Origin: Setoptus koraiensis
Lineage: Eukaryota > Animalia > Arthropoda
NCBI GenBank assembly: GCA_048013815.1
Contig: CM106585.1
Span: 7,750,001-7,814,000, forward strand
DNA: 64,000 bases
Reading direction: 5' to 3'
Position 1 is the first letter of the stretch. Each line of letters begins with the position of its first letter. A model generated the notes under the pieces. The model did not search any database. It saw nothing but the letters and a program-made list of their open reading frames with translations, and was not told where the DNA came from. The translations under genes and the position numbers were made by a program. This document shows positions 39,538 to 57,397 of the stretch, piece by piece.

Positions 39538-42304
39538 GGAGGAATTGTGTTCGCGTTCGGAGCTTTGTTTGTATTTCTGTTTGTTGTGTTTGCGCGAACT
39601 CGTGTGTGTTTGGATACTCTAGTCAGAAGGGCGTGCAAAAGTTTGAGTGTGACTGCGTTGTCGCTGTTAACAGACGAACGAGTCAAGAGTTGGAATGATA
39701 AAAAGAACGCGCGACATTCTTGTCACTTGTATTTATCCAACCAACTGCAGCTAAGCAGCCCGACAGTCGGCGGCCCCGGCGAGCGGCGAGCGGCGAGTGG
39801 CCTTGTGACGCCAGCGACCGGCTGCCGACTGACTGGCTCTCCAATGATCACCGAGCCGAATGATTTTGATTTTGTGTCGTGCTGCAACGCAGCGAATTGG
39901 TTGTGCAAACAGAAAAGACGCACCAGACACACTTAAACCGGCCCGGCACAACAACGCCGCCGACAACAGCGACAGCCAGCAACGACAACAGCGACAAACA
40001 GAGCGGGGGCCCCGCGCGCGAGCCCCAGTCAATCTGGGGCCGGCCCCGGTTGAACGGAACAATCGCCAGTTCGAGCCACCTGTATGTGTCGCCCAATGAA
40101 GGCCATTGTCCTTTTTAATGGCGCGCGACCAGTTTGCTTAAAAGCTGCACTTGCTGCCAAGAAACAATCACAAGATTTCCCGTCGCGTGCGTGCCAAAAC
40201 AAAACAACGGCTGCCGCCGGCCGCAAACCAACGCCGGCGCCCTGCACGGATATGCCGGCGGGCCGGTCTGCATGCAGCCAGACTGGATGTGCGGCCCAAA
40301 TAAGTGGGCCCGCGAGCCGCAAGTGCCAAGCTGCATATACAATACAAGCTGCAGATGTGATTTCGCGAGCGACTGTAGATGAAAATGGAAAAAGTGGGGC
40401 CCCTTTCGGGCAGCACACGCTGCGGCGTCGCTGTGTGACGCAACAGAATTAATCGCTTGTCTCATCAATTCTCTGAGGCGCAGGCAACATGTCGAGCGCC
40501 AATTGGCACTATTGCGCTGTCTATATATATATATATATATATTGTCTATGGTCGCATCGGCACAAACTGGGCCAAAAATTGGAATGTAGACATGCGAGGG
40601 GCCGCTCGTCGTTGGCGCCGTCGTTGCTGTCGTGCCAAGGCCTGGCTGGTCGGCTTTCTAGGTGGACTGCAATTTCTGCGAACAAAAAACAGAGAGATAG
40701 ACACTGCCAACAATTTATAATATTCGCTTTTTCGCTAGGCAACACACGGCCACATCACGACAACCCGAAACAACACAATCTAAATGAAAATGAAAAAAAA
40801 AATATGAAGAAAATGAAAAAGAAAAACGCCCGCGTTCGACAGCCCACAACGAGCGGCTCAGTGAGTGTGCGGCATGAGTGTCGCCCCTCGCGACTGTCGA
40901 AAAACTCAAGCGAATGCAGCCAGATTGAGGCCCGGCTGACGGCAGCCATTTAGTGTTACGTAACGCGCCTGTGACGCAGTGTGTGTGACGTGATGTTATT
41001 CAATTTAAATATTATTGTTGTTGCTAGTGGCGCTGTTGGTCGTCACCGTTGCCGGCTAACTCATTGGTTGGTGTCCCGAGAAATGAGGCCCGACGAGCAG
41101 CGATCTAGTCACTCGACACATTCTAGTAGATCTAGTGTCTAGTGTCATCAGACTAATGACTGAGCCAGCGAACTGAGCGAAATGACACACAAGGCCAAAC
41201 AAACAGGCAAAATGGGCACGCTCGTTGTTGTGTCATTAGTTGGCGAGCTAAATAAACGTAAAATTGCTTGTCGTCGTATTAGCAGAACGCGCGTATTGGC
41301 CCCTTTTCGCCCGACAGGTAACCATTGATGGGGCCCGGTAATGACTAGTTTGACTGCTATTGGCACTATTGGCGCTGGCAGAGACAAGTGATTGTGACCG
41401 TGCGCCGCTTGATAATCATGTGAACGCGTGCATCGCAATGAGTAGTTAAATGCAGCAGCTATCGAGCTCGCCAGATTGTAACAGCCTCAGCGGCAATCAG
41501 GATAGAATTACAAACGGCAGCGTCGGCGGCGGCGGCGGCGTTAATTCGCGCTCGAGCAAAGATGCCAGAGGTAACTCGCTAAAAACAATGCCCACGAATA
41601 ACGCGAGCTGATAAAAACGAGGCCATAGCTCCGAATCCATTAGTTGGGGCGGCCCTAAATTGATTAAAGGCCCTCACTAATAGTCGTTTAGAGGTACCAC
41701 TAGTGGTTTTAGTTAGCGTGAGTGGCTGCTCTCTCTTTACCCATTAACGGTATTATATGTGATTAGCGGCGATGGGGCCAATGATTCAAGGACACTCGTC
41801 AATCAGTGCGTTTGTCGTGTTACGTATGCATTATTATCTAACGCGCAGCAACTCGCTAGCCCCCATCGCCAGCTTGCCACCGAATAGCGGACGGGGGGAG
41901 CAAACACTATATGCCATTTATTTTGTGTATCGGCCATATTGCTCACACACACACACACACACACACATGAGGTACTTGCGCCACCGCTAATTGCATATTG
42001 ATACAGCTAGCTGCACGAAACACCTCGGCATAACATAGATCGTTCTGGCCAGATTGAGAGCTGGCAACGGCTGAATGGTGCCATGCCGCAACATCACTCG
42101 TTCGGCCGTCAATGATGACCGGAAAACAAGCCCAATCTTCAATCTACAATCTTGTGCAATCTGCAATAGCATTCTTCGGGGCCCCGGCGATCGCACACTG
42201 CACCCAGTGTGGATAATACCGGTAATTTCGCACCTGAAATTTCACATTTTCCTCATTTAAAGTAACGATGCGAACAGAACGACATATTCCGGAATTCGCA
42301 CAGC

Positions 42305-42376
42305 GAATGCAATTCGACGATTCACGAAGAATGCAATCGGACGATTCACGAAGAATGCAATCGGACGATTCACGAA
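42305..42376. repeat. 24-bp tandem repeat x3 (GAATGCAATCGGACGATTCACGAA)
   Basis: Read directly from the sequence; head-to-tail with no spacers. Confidence 0.92.
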
Positions 42377-45300
42377 GAACGAATCTGATCCGGATAATAT
42401 CCGAATATCGGTTGATTTGGAATATCTGGACTATTGGCATCGATGGATAAGTAACAGTCGCGTTGTGAGATGGTGGCGTCAGATAAACAATGCTCGCGTC
42501 AACCCATGATGCCATGATAGCTCCTAGGGAGACACATGCTTGCGAGCCACAATAATCGCGCACAATCAATAGAGATCCCTCTAGAAAAAGATACGAAATC
42601 TCAACGGGATTTCAGTTGTTCGCTCACGCTGCCTTTCACCTGATCTCACCGGTTCTCAGTTTGTTCTGAGTGGTGGCTGCACGAAACGGTCGAAATTGAG
42701 CCCCAATGACCACTCATACGCCATCTGGGGGTACCGAAAACTGTTCATGGTAGCAACAGTAATCAGAGATGGAACGGGCGCACAGGTTTGGGGCGACATC
42801 TGGAGAGGGGCCGGAGCAACCGATGTTTGTCGTTTCATCTTTTGAGTATTATTGCAACAACCTCAATGTTAGGATAAACACATTAGCGGCATGTGAAACA
42901 AGACACTGCAACTTTAGTGTTTGTTCTGATTCACCTGTCATGTGGCATAATGAAAATGAGGCACGTGATTAAAGTTGAATGTTTTTGGCTCGACAGTAGT
43001 GTAGCTGATAGCGTTCCTGTCTGAATTTGTGCGGCGCGCGAGTAAATATTTTTATATCAACGCTCAAATTCTATCCGCGTGCCGCGTAAAAACATCGACT
43101 GACCTAGACAGATGATAAAAAACAAGTAAGTGGGCCAGCATGAAAGGTACATTAAAAGAGAGACAGAAAAAGAGCAATCGCAAATCAGATTACGTGTAGC
43201 GACTCGAAATGCCCAACTAGAGGCTCCCCTTCCAAAATGGCTCGCCAGAACAAATCAGTTGACAAGCTTAGGCACGAAAAAACACTGAAAGCTGAAATTG
43301 AGTTATCAGATCGTCCAATTGCTGTTAGGGAGAGAGAGTTGCGGATTCTCTCATGCTGGATAAATGTAACAATTCTCGGCTGATGACCGTCATAAAGCTT
43401 ATTTCGAATGATAATTAACGGCTAACAGATGATATTCTCAATACTTCATTAACATGAGCATAATATGGAGCTGTTGTTGGTCTCGAATCTTATTATCGGC
43501 AGCGAATGATGATTCACTGAACCCACTGCACCTGGTCGAACTAATTAGTGAAAAAGGTGAGCGAAATTGAGTTGAGAGGCACACTGAGCGAGCTGATCTT
43601 TTTTGTCTGGCTTCTCAATCGAAATTCGCCCATGCGAAACTCGGCTCGCCAATTAACATCATCCTCGGTCGAGAATGGTGTGCAACGTGACGGAACTCGG
43701 ATTTGGTTGGCAAACCATTTACTTGTTGCCACGGGAAACATAGATTTTCAGTGTGTCACCCTCGGAAAGCTGATCCTTTGCAACTTGCAAATTGCAAGAG
43801 ATTAGAATTACAGATTTTCGTCTACGCAAACTTTGTTTCTGGGAACTTTCGTGGAAAAGCAATCTCAACTAGAATTCGGCTTTTGCCCCGTAGAAATAAG
43901 CACACATATCGAGACTCTGTTTGTTGGCAAGTTCATAAACAATCCGCTTTGTCTGATCACATTTCACTAGCATGCTATTTTGGTGTTTTGGTCTCACATG
44001 AGCTTGCTCTAATTCTTTTCAGCGGGTGATTTTTCATGGCGAACGCTAAATCGCTCGACCGACTCGTTCGTGTGCATAGGTTAGACAATAGCAATGACAA
44101 TCACAAGCAAGCGAGCATCGAATCGGGTGGAATGAGGCGACGGAGAGGCCGCAAATTCGGCGTACTAATGCGAGCCATTAATGCGACATAGAATTGCATT
44201 TACATTTAGATTGACCTTTTTCTGGCCGAAAATTCAGCTTGAATTTCAATTAGCGCCGTCTAGACTAGACGGGCGGGTGTATGCTGTGTGTCCGATTTTG
44301 ATTAGACAAATTATCAAGCGCTCAAATGTTCATAACTGTGTAATGTTCATAAATATATAGTCGGTTATTGTGTATTTATACGGGCGACGTGCAACGCGAC
44401 AATCGCGATGACGACTGACACAAATAGTTGACTCGACTGGCATCGTAATGGAGCCGGGCAAATCGCTACGTTGAACGTATCCTGTCTTGGCGCGGAGATT
44501 TGGCTAGATAAACAGCGACAATCACACATAGAGCGGCAAACATTTGGAGGGATTTTGTAATTTACGTACAGCAACAGCACTAATGATTTTCGCCTCTGTG
44601 TGGGCCCACGCCGATTGACGGCCAACGAGGTTAGATAATGCAGCAGCGAGGGCGCCGCGTTTCCCTGGGAGCGCGTCTGAGATAATCGATCTGCATAATC
44701 GATCTCGTTTTATCTTTTGCGCGCACGTTTAAAGTCTCAAGTTTATAATCTATCGAAGGCGCCCCCGTCTTAATGCGCGTCTGCCTCTCAACTGGGTCGC
44801 AGTTGGTTTGACGGGGGGCCCCCGGAGACCGATAGCTCAGCAGGGATATAAATAGGGGAGTTTGGTTTTGTTTTGGAGCGTGGAACGTGGAAAATCGAAG
44901 CGACAAACTGGCTTGTCCGTGTGCTCAATTAGCACAATGGGCACACGTGTAGGGGCGCTCGCGTTGATCTTTTGCTGGCTGCACCAATTACATCTTGTGT
45001 GTCTGTGTTGCAGCCGAACGAAATGTCGACTGGGGCCCATCGGTGGGCCCGTGCACGACACACCGCCATACGATCGGGCCAAGTCGCTTGCTGATTTTCG
45101 CTTCGCAATCGCTGTCGATATTGGCCAATCTGTGCGCTGTGTGCCCGTTGCAGCGCCACAAGACCTGGCACTAATTGCCTCAAATCGGCCATTCTGGCGA
45201 GCGCGAACTCGGCCGAAAGCGTTCGGAAGGCGTTCGGCAGGCGTTCGGAAAGCGTTCGGCTGGCGTTCGGAAAGTGTTCGCTCGGAAGTGGGCCGGCCGA

Positions 45301-45626
45301 GCGTGGATCGCATGCTTAATTGTTTGCGCGAATGCCAGACAAGTGATTCTCTGCGAACAGCTCAGTTCGATTCGATGTATCAATTTGGTCCTATCGAGCA
45401 ACGCGCTCGGACGATCTTTTTTTCCGCGGCCGCGTACGGCCGCGTCGGATCATCGGAAATCATTTCGCGCTGATGGGGGGCTCTCGCTCGAGAGCGTTCC
45501 ACTCAAAATGAGCGCACTGGCGCGGGCCAATTTGACGGTTTGGCCCGCTCCAGTGACAAACTGGCACGGGCCGGCTCGACGCCGGCCCGCGCGAAAAAAC
45601 AGGAGAAACATGGGGGCGACACTTAC

Positions 45627-50522
<4,896 letters not shown>

Positions 50523-53500
50523 CTGTCAATTGTTTGCGACCGTGGGGCCCATTACGGCAGATATTGGCTTAGTAAATTGGTATATTGGTAGCTCGATTGG
50601 TTAGTGTTGGTGCACGGATGTGTTGGCAGTGGCACGAGCTCACATTGATTGGCTGGTTTGTTTTGGTGCTCGCAAGGCGCCGGTCACACTGTGTCATGGC
50701 AGATCGTGTGATATCATCGACAAGCTACTGTCGACAAGCCACAGCTCCGATAAAAATAAAAATAAAAATGAAATAAACGACCCATAAAAGAATATCAAAA
50801 ATGCGACGCATTACATGGGCCGCGAGCGACTTGCACAAATTGTCGCAGCGCAATTGTGGCGGCCCAACCACTTGGTGACGTGACGACAATTTAGGCCCCC
50901 TTTTGATGCCAACCAGCCAGCCCACCGCCCGCTATCAGCTGTTAACTGTCATCTGTCAGACGGGCTGCGGCTCGGGCTGAGGCCGCGACCGCGACCGGAT
51001 GGCTGCTGGGCCCCATTAGATATGGTCAAGTCCGGCCAGCTGATGTAAATGGGCAGTCGTTATCATCAGTGGCCAGTTTATATATTATGTTGCTATCAGT
51101 GGGCATTATCAACTGTGGCCACTTTTGGATTGGCCCGATTTTTTGCTCTTTTTCATTAGCACGCTCCCCCTCTCCCCCTCTCCCCTCGCTCCCTCATGTA
51201 CGTTTGCCTGTGTCATTGGCCAGCATAAGTCACCGCTGGATCCCGGTGTTACAGCTGATAAGGGGGCCTCTGTATATACTTTGTGTGTCGTCGTGTCCGA
51301 TGACTACCAATTGGATGCGTCATCTCAATTCTTGGCCGGCTGTCATTATTGTTGGTTGGCTGCATTATGGCCGCGCATTCTCTCACAGTGTGCACAGTGT
51401 TATTTTGGACAACGTACGCGTATTGTATTATCTGACAAGGGGGCCCCCCATACACAATGGCACAATGTCACACAATTGCGCCAGCTGTTGCTTGCGTCAG
51501 CCCACAACTTGTGCGAGTCACAGCGCGAGCAGAGATTCACAAGATAGATAACGGTAACCGGGCGACCGGCTGACCGCCTAACCGGGTAACCGGGTAACCG
51601 CCTGACCGGGCAGCCGGGTGAGCGGGCGGGTCCATGTGACAGTGCGCTGTCATAAATGATCAGCTGGCTGACATACGACAGGTACTAGACATAGAAATAG
51701 ACATAGAGGTAGCCAGCAGCGACAGTGTTCGGTCTGCGGTCAACTGTGCCGACACAAACGATTTAGGCACACGAATGACATAACGTCACATGACATTTCG
51801 ACACAGGCACAGGTGAGCTGAGTGAGGCAGCGCCAATTGGACTGGCTGCGTGGGGCCACTTCCGGTCAGCTTAGTGGCGCCTTTTCTGTCGCTTGTGAGC
51901 CCCGTTGGTGACAGGTCACAAGTCGCAAGTTGCGAGTAGCAAGTTGCGAGTCGCAAGTTGTGAGAGAGAAAGCCCACTTGTTAGTGATTTTACATGCTCT
52001 AGTTCATCATGTGGCCGCATTTCACTGTCAAGTTGACAGTGTCAACAGTTGCCACTCACGCTCACCTGGTGACAGGACAGGTGAAGTTAGCTGGTGACGG
52101 TCAGTCGCCGCTGACCACTAAGTCGCACTAACAGTGACAGATGCTTACAGCAAGATGCTGTTCGCGTCAGATGTTTTCAATGTCACCAATGGCACCCTTG
52201 CGCCGCACACACAACCAACAAATAGCCACACCGATTTGTAATTGAACCAGTCAGTGCAACCCGCATCAGCTGTTTGCCAATGGCTGCAGCCGACGACATA
52301 TTCGGCTCACCGAATATTGTGCCAGCCGGCCAGCCCAAAGGTATGCCCGGTCGAACATCAGGGGCGCCATCAAGCGTATGATTGGCGCACTCACTCACGA
52401 CCGGATATAACCGGATGTTATATAAGCCACAAATAAATAAAATTATCATACAATCAACGGGAGAGCGTGTCTATAGTGAGTGCTGCTGTCAGTTACTCAC
52501 AATGTCAGCTGACGCTGTGGCGGTCACGGTCATCGGCGATGATGCAACCAATGCGACCAACGCAACCAATGCAACCAATGCAACCAATGCAACCAATCGG
52601 AACCACGAGCACAGAGGCTGCTGCTGGCTGTGCACCAATCATTATTGCTGACTAATGGAATGGTGATCAATTCGCTGAGCCGATGGGGCCCGGCGACCGA
52701 ATTGAATACGAGCCAAATATATGCGAGCAGGCGACACTGACTCTATTAGTCAGTCATTGGATGCATTAGCGTGCATTAATGCAGCCGCCAGCCGGCGACA
52801 GCCAATTGGCTCATTGATCGCCGCTCGCGCGACACTGCCATTATTGGCGTGGGCGTGCATGGTGCGGGCCCCATATCCGACAGTTTGCTAGACAGTCCAT
52901 CCAAGAGAGAGAGAGAGAGAGAGAGCCGCCTACTGGAGACAGCGCAAAGCTCGATATGGTCGGTTGGCCGGCCCAAATGCATCGGGCTAATTATTGTTTC
53001 GCTGCGCTGCCGGCTGCTGGCCAAAGCGTGACCGTTCGGCCCCATTCGAGGCGAGGCCTCGCCGCCGGCCAACAACCGGAACAACGGCAAGGTGACCTAT
53101 GCGACGCGGTTGTCGTCGGCGGCGGCGGCGGCCGGATAAATCATTTGCGTTGCCCGCCAAACAAACATGGCTGAGTGGGGCCTGAATAACAACAATAACT
53201 CGCTTGTTTCTCGGTTCGCCTTTTGCCCAAATTGACCGCCGACTTTGGCCGGTCAATTTGTGCCGTAAGAGGCCCGGCCAACGGATTGTCGGCGCTGCAT
53301 TTCGGTGTCGTCGTCTCTTTTTCATTGATTCTTTGCCGGCCCCACTTAAGCAGCCAGCGGGGCCAGCATGATACGAGTGGCATTGTATTATTATTAGTAT
53401 ATGTTGTTGTCATTACATTAGTGTACAGCAGCTCCACACAACGGCCCCACAATGAACAAACTTAAACTCGACTCGTTGCCGTTGTTCGCTTCTCGATCGA

Positions 53501-56323
53501 TCGCTCGCTAGCTCGCTGAAAACAACAACTAACTACTTATCGGCTCGACAACATCGACTTGTATGCACGCTCGCCGCTCGTTATTGGGGCGCCTTCTTGC
53601 GTCTGGCGGGCGCGCGATAGCGACTTGTTTGTCGGGGCCCGGTCATTACAGGCCAACAAACCGGTGGCCATTACAGGCCAATTGAGCCGGGCACGCCGAT
53701 CATTATGGGTCGTGTCAGTCTGGCCAGCGAGGCGGGCGCTCGAGGCTGGCCACGGGCCCGCTGGCTGGGCTCCACTGGCCCGTCGGCAATTCAGTCTGTC
53801 GGGCGACAGCCCAGACCGTCGGTCGCCAGTTCGGCCCGCCGGTCGGCAATTGGGCCCGCCAGTGGGGCCCAATTGTTTTAATCGAGAGCCATCTGAGCTG
53901 CCGAATTGGCCGAATTGGCCTGACTGGCGGCTAGCCAACTCAAGATTCGAGCCATGAATGCACTCAACTTGCGCTCATTTGATCTAGATGCTAATTCACA
54001 GATTAGGGCCCGCTCGTGCCAGCGCGCAGATAATGTTCGGACACACACAAATATGATGAAGATGAATTAGGCAATGGGCCCGCCAACTCGAATTGGCCGG
54101 CGTGTCGCTGCGGCCGGCCGTCGCTCAACTCCAGCGATAAGTGACGGTCAGCGGCCCCGCTGCGCAATAGGCCAACAGCCGCATAAATGGTATGCGCAAT
54201 ATGGGGCCTTTGTGAATATATTAGGCCCACAGGTTATGCCAGCGGTGCCAGCATTGGTGTTGTTGCATTTGTTGCGGCAGCGGTTGTTGCATTTGTTTGG
54301 ATTGGCCGATTTCGGTATCGCACCGGCACACAATCAGTGCCGATCTCGGCCACTGACCACTGGCCATTGGTCGCACATTTTACAAACTTGCAAACAAACA
54401 ACAAACAATGTGTGTTTTGTTATTCCACCGCTAGTGTCTCACAAGAAAGTGGCCGGGCCGGCCCGCGAAATAACGCGCCCCGTCAACGAGAAGCCCCATC
54501 GATGCGTAAGCGTACCCGCTGATCGGTTGGCCCGCCGACGCTCGATGGCCGGCCGGCCGGTCAGCGCTTAGCGGCTTGGCAGCGGTATTTCCCGTCCGAT
54601 GACTCGGTGACTATTGGACACGGGAAATACCCGTACTCAATGCCTCGCAACGAGTGCACCAGGTCGTTGTTCACAACGACCTGGGCATTTTCAGCCCGCG
54701 CACACATCTAGCCGGCCGGAAGTGCGGCCATTTCGGCTGCCATTCGCCTGGTCACTGCTTGGTCACTGCAATCATTTTGCGTCTCGCACGCAAGCATGGG
54801 GCACACATATGGCCGACCATATGATTGTCATTGTCATTGTCATTGTTGTTGTTGTTGTTGTTGTTGTTGTCGTTGTTATTGCCGGTGTCGTTGTTGGTTT
54901 TAATGGGCTCTAAGCGGCCAACTGGCCGGTGCGGTCGCTGGCAGTTGCAATAACTCACCGTACAAGTATTATAATGGCAGCCAAGGGCCCCAAAATAGTC
55001 GAGAGCTGCACCCATATTTGGGCACCCGAAATGGCTGTGCCGAAATATTGCCGTGCCAACGACATTTGGGTGCAGCAACAAAGAATGAGAGAAGCTGACC
55101 AAGTTGGCTGGCCCCATTTGGAAGTGTGCTTGGCTGGCCTATGTCGCTCACACTGTGTTAGTTACACTGTTTTCGTGCTTGGCTCGGCTGGTGTGTGTAC
55201 ACACACCAGCCGAGCCAAACAAAAGCCTGGCTGCCACCAGAAACCGGAAGTGGGCCCCTTTGTGACGACGCCATTATTATCCAGTGGCCAGTTGCAACAT
55301 TATTGGCCTCATTTGGCTGTCACATTTGGCTTGCACAACGTGCGCGCGACATCTCATGACATACGCGACATCTCGTTGTGACATACGCGCAATATCTCGT
55401 CGCGATACCGCGTACAGCCACGCACTTGCTGGCCTTTGAGACTCGCTGAGAAATCGAGAGTTGAGAGGCCAGTGACTGCATTATGACAGCAATTTCCTGT
55501 TATCGATACTGTTGTTGATACACTTGTCACTGACCAAGCTCGGTGATTTGGTTATCGCTTAGGCAGTGGCGTCATTGTCGGCGACACGATCATTGAACCA
55601 GATTACGGCCGACAGTTGACAGTTGACCAATATTGACCGATACAATATTACAAGTCGCTCAATTAAGATGATTTGTAACGGTGTTATCGGCTTACTCGGG
55701 CACAGCAGCGCCAAATGCCAGTTGCCGTCGTGGCGAGATAAAATGTTATTGAGAAAGCATTGGCACAATGTTGTGTGTTTGGCACAATTTTGTGAAGAAA
55801 GAAGCGGAACACACAATGGGGCCCGCAAGGCGTGATTTGACAGTGCAGCGGACAGCTGATTTGAGATTGGGGCCACACAGCGACAAATAGCGTGCATTTT
55901 GTCGACAAGTCAGACAAGTGAAAACAAACAAACAGCCTCAGGTTTGTCTCTGGTGGCCGGCGCTTGTACTAACATGCTCGCTGCTAAGTAAGTGCCTGGG
56001 ATTGTATTATTGGATTGTCACAATACCAACGTGCAAAATCTAATTCCGTCCGCTGGTGCCCATACCGCACACCGCTGTCAATGGCAGTCTCAGTATCAGT
56101 TATGCATGCGACAATATGATACAGTTGCATTGATATTATGTCATATTAGATCATCATTCGACATCATCCGGCGAGTCGCAATTGGCGCGACTATAGCGAC
56201 CCCTGCCAGCCGCGCCACTCCAACACAAACGCTCGCTAACTGGGCACACAATCTGAACAAAATAGTGTTAACCTCAGTTAGTTATTAACATGCCACTAAG
56301 TTATTCACTTAAGTTATACTCAC

Positions 56324-57300
56324 CTGTGCGATCCTGCCACCAATTGACGCTGTTGGTGTGGCCCCATGATGAATGAGTGCCCAGCTGCCCCCCACGCGAA
56401 ATATCTGGCCACAAGCTGGGTGACGCAACAGCTAAGTGGTTGCAATTGGCGCCCGACTGACAATGTTGAATGAGCCGATCAATGAGTTGGCGTGTCGCAG
56501 CAACAACAACAACAACAACAATGCTGCTCGTTTGGCCACAATTCCGGTCTCTGGTCGGTGCGCCCAAGTTGGCACACAATTGTCCGCACATCGTCGCCAG
56601 ATAAGCCTCAGTCAGATTATTCTTTACAATGGCCGCAAACAATGGCCGCCGCTCTCGGTCGGGCCTCATTTGGCCGCCAAGGGCAGCTAGGCCACTCTGG
56701 TCGTGCCCACTAACTGGAGCGAATAATTTACATCTAGTGTCATTATGCAATTTGCATTGCCGCGTTTTGTCGTCTGTCGTGTCGCCCCTTTGGCCCCATT
56801 CAGTTGCAGCTTGCTGGTCGCTGCTGCTGCTGGCTTCGCATTTGCATTCAATCACCTCATCATTTTCATCATCGTGGGCCTCAATTTGGCCAAATTGCTC
56901 GCCTGTTCCAATTGGCAATTGGCCAGCACTTGTGGCCACAGTTTGCAGCGCTGCACTGGCGCCAGTTTCAATTTCACTTCCTGTCATTATTGCACTGTCG
57001 TGCCCAATAACTCGGGACCGAGATTGATCACGCTCGTGAGCGTAGTCACAACAAGCAAGGTGCGGGTCTAATTTTTTGCGACGTTGCCCACATTCCGAGT
57101 CAGGTCCATTGTTTGTTGTATCATGGCCCAATTGATTATGCAAATGAGCGCTATCATCATCATAATACTGCAGTTGTTGATGTTGCTGTTGCCCTTGTTC
57201 GTTGGTCTCAATCATTTTTGGTTGTCGATCTAGCCATAATTGAATGCGTTGCCGTTGTTCGACGTTCAGCAGGGGCAGCTCTGTGGCCCGTTGCACTCGC

Positions 57301-57397
<97 letters not shown>

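Noticed and set aside
42305-42376. 24-bp repeats (also the 23-bp array at 2106-2252) resembling CRISPR repeats
   Set aside because: They are head-to-tail with no unique spacers, there are no cas genes, and the context is eukaryotic.
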